From positions 72,087 through 136,086 of the forward strand of contig CAVRGH010000003.1 of the NCBI GenBank assembly GCA_963720675.1: 64,000 bases of DNA, read 5' to 3'. Positions 57,349-64,000 of the stretch are shown here, one piece after another. Within the stretch, counting starts at the first letter, position 1; every line of letters begins with the position of its first letter. The notes under the pieces are model-generated. The model saw only the letters and a list, made by a program, of their open reading frames with translations, had not been told where the DNA came from and did no database searches. This DNA is from an uncultured Acidimicrobiia bacterium. Lineage in GTDB: Bacteria > Actinomycetota > Acidimicrobiia > IMCC26256 > PALSA-555. The position numbers and the translations under genes were made by a program.

Positions 57349-57386
57349 CGCGACCGACCGACACCGACGACGAGAGGGGACAACCG

Positions 57387-57725
57387 ATGGCTGGGAGACA
57401 GCGCACGACGTTCGCGAAGCTCCAGAAGGAGCGCGCCCGCCAGGAGAAGCAAGCCGCCAAGCGCGCCCGGCGTCAGGGGCTCGCGCCCGAGCCGGTGATC
57501 CAGGACGACGGACCGCCGGTCGACATCAACGACCCGTCGACCTGGCGCTACGCCGACGAGATCGCGGCCGAGAAGGAAGCGCCGGCCGAAGCGGCCGACG
57601 CCGAGGCCGAGGCCGAGGTCAAGGACGAGGTCGAAGGACGAGGCGAAGGCCGAGGCGACGCCCGAGGCCTGATCGACCGAGCCACAACCGCGGATGCGTT
57701 GCGCACCCTGGGATGCCGGGGTTGA
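57387..57725 (+). CDS. Small hypothetical protein, basic N-terminus and acidic C-terminus; C-terminus uncertain
   Basis: GAGAGGGGA lies 7 nt before ATG 57387. It reads MAGRQRTTFAKLQKERARQEKQAAKRARR. A +1 frame near 57630 gives ...DEAKAEATPEA and a stop at 57669-57671, which looks more natural. Confidence 0.5.
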   Translation: MAGRQRTTFAKLQKERARQEKQAAKRARRQGLAPEPVIQDDGPPVDINDPSTWRYADEIAAEKEAPAEAADAEAEAEVKDEVEGRGEGRGDARGLIDRATTADALRTLGCRG

Positions 57726-57774
57726 GCAACGCACGCCCGTCGGTGCGCGAGCGTGCCGACGAGCAGTGTGGGTG

Positions 57775-58410
57775 TCAGCGGCGGCGCAGCTCGTCGAGCT
57801 CGGCGAGCGCGCCTCGTGGGTCCGTCTCCACGACGATCCCGTGGAGCCCGAGGTCCCGCGCCGCGACGACGTTGTGCTCGAGGTCGTCGAGGAACACCAC
57901 CCGTGACGGGTCCGAGACTCCGACACGCTCGAGTGCGGTTGCATAGATCGCGGGGTAAGGCTTGCGTACGCCCTCGAGGCACGAATCGACGACGGCGTCG
58001 AACAGCGCGTCGACGTCGAGCTGCTTTCGCCACGTGTCGCCGTACTCGCGGATGTTGTTCGTGACGATCGCGTTGCGCACGCCGTCGACCCGCAGCGTAC
58101 GGACATAGTCGACGACGACCGTGCGATCCACGTCATCGCCGGCCATGCTCCCGAACATCTCGCCGATATCGAAGCGCATCCCGGCGGCGTCGGCCTCGGC
58201 GGCGATCTCCGTGAGTGCGTCGGCGAACGTCATCTCGCCCCGTTCGAGCCGGTGCCAGGCATGCTCGGTGTCGGCGTCGTAGGACCCGAACACCAGCCGC
58301 ACGAAGCCGTCGGGGTCGGCCCCCTGCGCGTGGGCGTACGCGTGTGCGGCGTCGAACGGCGACGGCGTGAACACCCCGCCGAAGTCCCACAGGACGGCCT
58401 CGATCTCCAT
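57775..58410 (-). CDS. HAD-superfamily hydrolase
   Basis: ATG 58410. It reads AVLWDFGGVFT (DxG variant of motif I), IVTNN, VRKPYP and VFLDDLEHN. Confidence 0.75.
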   Translation of the reverse strand: MEIEAVLWDFGGVFTPSPFDAAHAYAHAQGADPDGFVRLVFGSYDADTEHAWHRLERGEMTFADALTEIAAEADAAGMRFDIGEMFGSMAGDDVDRTVVVDYVRTLRVDGVRNAIVTNNIREYGDTWRKQLDVDALFDAVVDSCLEGVRKPYPAIYATALERVGVSDPSRVVFLDDLEHNVVAARDLGLHGIVVETDPRGALAELDELRRR

Positions 58411-58443
58411 GCGCCGTAGGGTACGGGACGAGGAGGCTCGCCC

Positions 58444-59238
58444 GTGACGCGCAGCGACGACACCGCAGTGCCCGACTACCCGGGGCTCCTCCGGCTCGAC
58501 GGGCGACGCGTGCTCGTGCTCGGGGCCGGACAGGGGATCGGGCGTCAGACCGCCCACGCCCTCACCGCGGTCGGCGCGCGGGTGGCGTGCGTCGACCTCG
58601 ACGCCGACCTTGCCTCGGACATCGCCCGAGAGGTCGACGGGCTCGCGATCGTCGGTGATGCGACGCAACGGGCCGACATGGAGCGCATCTTCTCCGAGGC
58701 GGCCGGGCCGGGCCCGCTCGACTGTGTCGTCGACATCATCGGCATGGCGCGCTACGCGGCGCTCACCGACATCACCGACGGCGACTGGGACTGGCACCAG
58801 GACATCGTGCTGCGCCACGCTTTCTTCGCGATGCAGCTCGGAGGGCGCGCGCTCGCGGCGCGCGGTGGCTCCATGGTGTTCGTCGCTTCGGTGTCCGGCA
58901 TCACGTCGGCCCCGCAGCACGCGGCGTACGGCGTCGCCAAGGCCGGACTCATGTCGTTGGTGCGCACCGCGGCGACCGAGCTCGGGCCGCAGCGAGTGCG
59001 GGTGAACGCGGTGGCGCCCGGCGTCGTCTGGACGCCTCGCATCTCGGTCGCGCTCGGCGACGAGGGGCTTGCCCGAAACACAGCCAACGCGCCGCTTCGC
59101 CGCGTCGCGCAGCCGGCCGACATCGCTGCCGCGATCCTCTTCTTCTGCTCCGATCTGTCGTCCTACGTGACCGGGCAGACGCTCGTCGTCGACGGCGGAG
59201 TCGGCGTCAAGTTCCCGTACCCCATGGCGGACGCCTGA
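58444..59238 (+). CDS. Short-chain dehydrogenase/reductase (SDR)
   Basis: GTG 58444. It reads VLVLGAGQGIGRQTA, then SVSG...YGVAKAG (YxxxK). The ORF is intact. Confidence 0.85.
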   Translation: MTRSDDTAVPDYPGLLRLDGRRVLVLGAGQGIGRQTAHALTAVGARVACVDLDADLASDIAREVDGLAIVGDATQRADMERIFSEAAGPGPLDCVVDIIGMARYAALTDITDGDWDWHQDIVLRHAFFAMQLGGRALAARGGSMVFVASVSGITSAPQHAAYGVAKAGLMSLVRTAATELGPQRVRVNAVAPGVVWTPRISVALGDEGLARNTANAPLRRVAQPADIAAAILFFCSDLSSYVTGQTLVVDGGVGVKFPYPMADA

Positions 59239-59269
59239 TCCGTCATCCTGGTGCGCTCTCGCGCACGAA

Positions 59270-59874
59270 TCACTCCGGTGCGCGCCTGCGTACGGTCGGG
59301 TCGTCGAGCCACTGCTCGAGCGTTGGCGCGGGATAGGCGGTGAGCCCGGGCCGCCAGCCGGCGTCGAGCTTCTGCTCGCCGATGCCGGCCTCGGCCCAGA
59401 TGTGGCAGCTGTTCCGGAGCCAGGGGCTCGAGCCGGTCGGGGAGGCCGCGACGACCGGCGTGTCGCCGGCGCTCCGGTGCCGGGTCGACACCGCGGACTG
59501 GATCGCCGCTGGGCCGAGCGCACGGACGAGCTCCACGAGATGGCTGCAACCCGAGACCCCGCCGAAGCGCTCGCGTACGACCCGGGTGTAGCCGGCGCCG
59601 ATGGCGACGCCCACGAGGCCGCCGAACGCGGGCGCGATGTCGGCGCACTCGGTGTGGGGAACGCGTGCATCGTGGCCTCGGCCTCGATGATCGTGAGGTC
59701 CGGAATCCGGACCGTCACGGCGAGCTCCATGTCGTGCACCACTTCGGCCCAGGTGCCCTCGGCCCAGGGTCGTGAATCCCGGAGATGCCCCACCACCCGC
59801 AGGGCATCGGGGAGCTCGGTGCTCTCGAACTCCAGGGTGCGACGGTGGACGGGGACATCGTGGGGTGTCGTCAT
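59270..59874 (-). pseudogene. DUF2889 domain protein, one frame break
   Basis: MTTPHDVPVHRRTLEFEST...IIEAEATMHAFP continues as HTECADIAPAFGGLVGVAIGAGY...GVSGCSHLVELVRALGPAAIQ in another frame. One base is missing in the C/G run at 59655-59658. Confidence 0.7.
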
Positions 59875-59920
59875 CGTGCTGCGACCGTAGCGACCGCGGC
59901 GGAACCGCCGCGGCCGTCAG

Positions 59921-59926
59921 TAGAAT
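59921..59926 (+). promoter_or_regulatory. -10 hexamer TAGAAT positioned for a leaderless PBP transcript
   Basis: TAGAAT ends 6 nt before GTG 59933. There is no SD sequence between them. Confidence 0.4.
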
Positions 59927-59932
59927 CCCCCC

Positions 59933-62070
59933 GTGTCCGGAGCGCATCGGCTTGTCGCCTGGTTCCAGGACCTCCCCCCGAGGCGCAGCCTGCTGCTCAC
60001 GATCGGTGCCGGCGGCCTGGTGATCGGTCTCCTCGTCGCGGCCCTGCTCCCGAGCGCGGCGGTGCTCGCCGAGGCCCACGCGTACCACGCGGACGTTCCG
60101 AAGCTCCGCGATCTCGCCCAGCGCTCGACGATCTACGACTCCGCGGGCACCGAGATCGCCCGGGTGGGGACGATCAATCGCGAGGACGTGCCCCTCTCCG
60201 AGGTACCGAAGGTCATCCAGGACGCGGTGATCGCGGTCGAGGACCAGACGTTCTGGACGAACGACGGCATCGACCCCAACGCACTGCTGCGCGCGGCGAT
60301 CGAGAACTTGAGCAAGGGCCGAATCGAGCAGGGCGGCTCCACGATCACCCAACAGCTCGTGAAGAACCGCATCCTCACCAACGCGCGCGACCTGGACCGC
60401 AAGGTCCGGGAGGTGCTGTACGCCGTGCGGCTCGACCACAAGTACTCCAAGCGCGAGATCCTCGAGCAGTACCTCAACACCGTGTACTTCGGGCAGGGGT
60501 CCTACGGCGTGAAGTCGACCGTCGAGCGGTTCTTCCTGACGGCCGACCCGGGCGCGCCGTTCCCGCGACCAAAACGACTCGACGAGATCACGGTCGGGGA
60601 GGCCGCGCTGCTCGCCGGCCTCATCTCGAATCCGGAGGGCAACAACCCGTTCGTGAACCCGGACGGGGCCCGTCGTCGTCGCACGTTCGCGTTGCAGCGG
60701 ATGGTCTCGCAGCACTACATCACGCAGGCCCAAGCGGCGGCCGCCGACCAGGAGCCGCTGCCGACGATCAAGCCCGAGCCCGAGCTCCGGCCGCGTACCT
60801 CGTGGGCCGAGGAGGTCCAGGACCGCCTCTTCAACGATGACGTGTACAAGGTGCTGGGCAAGACGCCGCAGGAGCGCGAGCAGAAGGTGCTCACCGGCGG
60901 GCTGAAGATCACGTCGACGCTCGACCCGAACCTGCAGCTGCTCGCGCAGGACGCGATGAACGAGATCCTGCCGGAGAAGCCGGGCTTCACGGGCGCGCTG
61001 GTCTCGATGGATCCGTCGAACGGACCAGGTGAAGGCCATGGTCGCCGGGCCCGGGTTCGAGTCGAGCCAGTACAACATCGCGACGAGCTACCCGGGACGC
61101 CAGGCCGGCTCGACGTGGAAGGTCATCACGCTCGCCGCGGCGCTCGAGAGCGGCTTCTCGCCGAAGGACTCGGTGAGCGGGAGCTCACCGTGCTCGTTCA
61201 AGGAGTGGGGACGCACCCAGAACGCGGAGGGCGGCGGCGGAACCATGACCCTGCGCTCCGCCACCGCACACTCGGTGAACTGCGCGTTCGCTCGCACGGA
61301 GCTCGCGGTGGGCTTCCCCAAGGTGATCGAGACGGCGCACTCGCTCGGCATCACGCAGGAGACGCTCAAGCCCGTCCTCACGCTGACGCTGGGTGCAGTC
61401 GAGTCGACACCGCTCGAGATGGCGACCGTCACCTCGACCATCGCCAACGGCGGCATCCACCACCCGCCCGTGTTCGTCTCGAAGATCGTCGCACCGAACG
61501 GCGACGTGATCTTCGACGCGTCGAAGGATGTCAAGGGCGATCGGGCGATCTCGGCCGACACCGCGGCGTGCGAGACCGACATGCTGCGCGGAGTCGTCAC
61601 CGGCGGGACGGGGACCGCGGCGCGACTCGTCGGCAACCGCCCGGTCGCCGGGAAGACCGGGACCACCGACGAGCGAACCGACGCGAACTTCCTCGGCTTC
61701 ACCCCGCAGCTCGCGACATTCGTCTGGCACGGCAACGCGCTCGCACGGGTGCCGGGGGCGGGCTTCGGTGGTCAGATCCCGGCGCGCATCTTCAAGAAGT
61801 TCATGGATTCGGCGTTGTACGGGCAACCGACGGAGGAGTTCCCCGCGCCGGGCCCGACCTGCGATCGGCCGGGCGCCGCGATCTCGGAGAACGGTCGGGG
61901 GGTGCCGCGAGGCGGCACGACCTACACCGGGCCGGGGACGGTGCCCACCCAACCCCGCACGACGGTCACGACGCAGCCACGCAGCACGACCGCCGTCGAC
62001 GACCGAGTCGACCACGGCGACAACGGTGCCCAGCGACCACGACCGTCGACGCACTCCGCCGCTGCCCTAG
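59933..62070 (+). pseudogene. Class A penicillin-binding protein (transglycosylase + transpeptidase), one or two frame breaks
   Basis: The N-terminal part (frame 2) is not in the ORF track. It has a TM span (LLLTIGAGGLVIGLLVAALL) and GT51 motifs (AVIAVEDQTFWTNDGID, GGSTITQQLVKN, RKVREVLYAVRLDHKYSKREILEQYLN). VSMDPSNG then continues as QVKAMVAGPGF...GSTWKVITLAAAL (SxxK)...SVN...GKTGTT in frame 0 (extra C ~61025). The C-terminal end is either 62070 (frame 1) or 62180 (frame 0). Confidence 0.8.
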
Positions 62071-62869
62071 TCAGACGCACGCGGCGGTACTTGCGCACGG
62101 CGAGCGGCGCGCAGACCGCGACGATGCCGACGATCCACGCGATCGCACCGAGCACGTCGCCGGAGTTCGGGCCTCCGTAGGTGAGGCCCCGCACGGCGTC
62201 ACAGACGACCGAGACCGGCTGGTACTCCGCGAAGGTCTGCAGCCAGTCCGGCATGGTCGCGATCGGCACGAACGCCGACGACGCGAAGACGAGGGGTGCC
62301 AGGATCGGGAAGGAGATCGCCTGGGCTGTCTCACTGTTGCGTGCGCTCAGCCCGACGATGGCGAACAGCCACGACAGCGAGTACGAGAACGCGAGCACCA
62401 ACCCGAGCCCGGCCAGGATCGACAGCGCGCTCTGGTCCGGACGCCAGCCGACGAGGTAGCCGACGACGGCCATGAGCGCGACGACGAACGTGTTGCGCAG
62501 CAGGTCGGCGAACGTACGGCCGACGAGCACCGCCGAGCGTGCCATCGGGAGCGAGCGGAACCTGTCGATGACACCGGTCTGGAGGTCGTCGGCGAGCCCG
62601 ACGCCGGTGGTGAGCGCGCCGAAGACGATGGTCTGCACGAAGATCCCCGGCATGAGGTAGTCGATGTACGGACCGCCGGGTACCGCGATCGCGCCGCCGA
62701 AGACGTAGCGGAACATCAGCACGAAGATGACCGGCTGGATCGTCGCGAAGACGAGGAGCTCCGGGTTCCGGCGAAGGTTCAGGACGTTCCGCCATGCGAT
62801 CGTCGACGCGTCCGCGAACCACCGGGGTTTGCCGACGTGGAGCGTCGACGGCGTCGTGACGGCGGTCAT
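61922..62869 (-). CDS. ABC-2 type exporter permease (DrrB-like)
   Basis: It has six hydrophobic spans (FVLMFRYVFGG...; LLRNTFVVALMAVVGYLVGW). The start overlaps the ATPase stop. The last ~45 residues after ...LAVRKYRRV are Arg/Val-rich, overlap the PBP 3' end and may be an artefact. Confidence 0.75.
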   Translation of the reverse strand: MTAVTTPSTLHVGKPRWFADASTIAWRNVLNLRRNPELLVFATIQPVIFVLMFRYVFGGAIAVPGGPYIDYLMPGIFVQTIVFGALTTGVGLADDLQTGVIDRFRSLPMARSAVLVGRTFADLLRNTFVVALMAVVGYLVGWRPDQSALSILAGLGLVLAFSYSLSWLFAIVGLSARNSETAQAISFPILAPLVFASSAFVPIATMPDWLQTFAEYQPVSVVCDAVRGLTYGGPNSGDVLGAIAWIVGIVAVCAPLAVRKYRRVRLTRAAAECVDGRGRWAPLSPWSTRSSTAVVLRGCVVTVVRGWVGTVPGPV

Positions 62870-63909
62870 CGGCCGGCTCCTTCCGGTGCGGGGCGGTGCC
62901 CGGTCTTGGCACGCCGACGCCGACGCCGACGCGATCCGTCGCCGTCCTCCTCATCGTCGTCGTCCTCCGGCTCCGTGATCTCGGCCGCGTGGCCGGTGAG
63001 CGAGAGGAACACGTCGTCGAGCGTCGGCTCACGGAGCGCCATCGAGACCGGCTCGATCTGTTTGGCGTCGAGCGCGCGCACGGTCTCGAGCATCGCCTTC
63101 GCGCCGTCGGACACACTGAGGCGGACCTCCTGCCCGTTGACGCTGATGCCACCGACGAGCGCGAGCGTCTCCGCGGCACGCGCGGCGGCGTCGGAGTCGG
63201 CGAACGCGACCTCGATCACCGTCGAGCCGAGTCGGCCCTTGAGCTGCGAGCTGGTGCCCTCCGCGATCACCGAGCCGTGGTCGATCACGACGATCGAGTC
63301 GGCGAGGCGGTCCGCCTCCTCGAGGTACTGCGTGGTGAGCAGCACGGTGGTTCCACCGCCGACGAGGTCCTCGATCACGCCCCAGAGGTCGGTGCGGCTT
63401 CGAGGGTCGAGCCCGGTCGTCGGCTCGTCGAGGAACAACACCGGAGGCTGGTGCACGAGGGACGCTGCGAGGTCGATCCGCCGGCGCATCCCCCCGGAGT
63501 ACGTGCGCACGAGTCGGTGCTGCGCCCGTGCGAGGTCGAACCGCTCGAGCAGCTCGTCGCTGCGCCGGGCGATCTCGTCGGCCGGCAGGTGGGTCAGACG
63601 ACCGACCAGCCGCAGGTTCTCGCGACCGGTCAGGTTCTCGTCGACCGCGGCGTTCTGTCCTGCCAACCCGATCGACATGCGCGTCGCCATCGGATCGGTC
63701 GTCACGTCGCGACCGAGCACCTCGGCGCGGCCGGAGTCGGGCCGCAGCAGTGTCGTGAGGATGCGCACGGCCGTGGTCTTGCCGGCACCGTTCGGGCCGA
63801 GGAGCCCGAGCACGGTGCCGGTGGGCACTGCGAACGAGACCCCCTTGAGTGCCTCGACGTCGCCGAACGTCTTGACGAGATCTTCCGCGAGGATGGCAGG
63901 GGTGCTCAC
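62866..63909 (-). CDS. ABC transporter ATP-binding protein (DrrA-like)
   Basis: The ORF is intact at 347 aa. It has GLLGPNGAGKTT (Walker A), YSGGMRRR (signature) and VLFLDEPTTGLD (Walker B), with an acidic then basic C-terminal tail. Confidence 0.9.
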   Translation of the reverse strand: MSTPAILAEDLVKTFGDVEALKGVSFAVPTGTVLGLLGPNGAGKTTAVRILTTLLRPDSGRAEVLGRDVTTDPMATRMSIGLAGQNAAVDENLTGRENLRLVGRLTHLPADEIARRSDELLERFDLARAQHRLVRTYSGGMRRRIDLAASLVHQPPVLFLDEPTTGLDPRSRTDLWGVIEDLVGGGTTVLLTTQYLEEADRLADSIVVIDHGSVIAEGTSSQLKGRLGSTVIEVAFADSDAAARAAETLALVGGISVNGQEVRLSVSDGAKAMLETVRALDAKQIEPVSMALREPTLDDVFLSLTGHAAEITEPEDDDDEEDGDGSRRRRRRRAKTGHRPAPEGAGR

Positions 63910-64000
63910 AGGAGCCGATGCTATGGCGCCGGTGATTCGTCTCCGTCATCGTTCGTCGCCGGTGGCGTGGCGCGCCGCACGATCGCGATCGTGCGCTCCG

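Noticed and set aside
2466-62070. Programmed ribosomal frameshifting or transcriptional slippage as the cause of the frame switches
   Set aside because: The breaks go in both +1 and -1 directions and occur in unrelated gene families. They lack slippery heptamers or downstream pseudoknots. They sit in ordinary short G/C runs, so indel error or mutational decay is far more parsimonious.
63910-64000. Possible gene fragment at the right edge (minus-strand frame ending ...HATGDER with a stop near 63946-63948, or plus-strand ATG 63923)
   Set aside because: At most 17-26 codons are visible and no motif is present, so it cannot be supported.
1-64000. tRNA, rRNA, CRISPR arrays, transposases or integrases
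   Set aside because: I read the intergenic spacers on both strands and saw no cloverleaf-compatible sequence (no GTTCGAATC-type T-arm), no regularly spaced direct repeats and no DDE or tyrosine-recombinase motifs. A tRNAscan, Infernal or ISfinder run would be needed to be certain.

Overview
Very GC-rich, densely coding chromosomal window with actinobacterial hallmarks: frequent GTG starts, 4-nt ATGA/GTGA gene overlaps, F420/LLM and PPOX-type enzymes, DUF4012, an LAxTG (sortase-E type) anchor, a mycobacterial-type SOS box and a DUF222-HNH gene. Layout: (i) 1-16.1 kb is a cell-envelope glycopolymer cluster with a WbsX-like fragment, a sulfotransferase, four glycosyltransferases, a methyltransferase, a deacetylase, a DegT aminotransferase, a WecA-like/DUF4012 fusion, an LMW-PTP and an RmlC-like cupin. 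(ii) 16.2-24.0 kb on the minus strand is a PspA-linked cluster: alpha/beta hydrolase, CbxX-type AAA+ ATPase, two solute-binding-like secreted proteins (one fused to vWA), a membrane coiled-coil protein, a lipoprotein and PspA. This is my best candidate for an uncharacterised system. (iii) 24-36 kb carries hypothetical, MOSC, PPOX and sulfotransferase genes and a glpD / FAD-oxidase / glpK operon. (iv) 35.9-39.0 kb holds rhodanese and MBL-rhodanese sulfur genes separated by a DUF222-HNH gene with a LexA box. (v) 39-49 kb holds lipid and membrane genes (FadD-like, MpaB-like, DUF1295, acyltransferase, amidohydrolase, DUF2231, LtrA). (vi) 49-51.5 kb holds a glucosaminidase lipoprotein, a DEAD-box helicase and cspA. 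(vii) 51.5-64 kb holds housekeeping and accessory genes (AlsD, HAD, sulfotransferase, LLM oxidoreductase, typA, SDR, DUF2889, class A PBP, DrrAB-like ABC exporter). I found no rRNA, tRNA, CRISPR array or transposase by reading. A major caveat is that roughly 25 obviously conserved genes change reading frame in mid-gene, mostly at short G/C runs, so many calls below are stitched across frames. These breaks are either assembly indels or pseudogenes. The ORF track also omits ORFs that run off the window edge without a stop, so the N-terminal two thirds of the PBP (from 59933) is absent from it. All family assignments come from motif recognition by eye; no searches were run.
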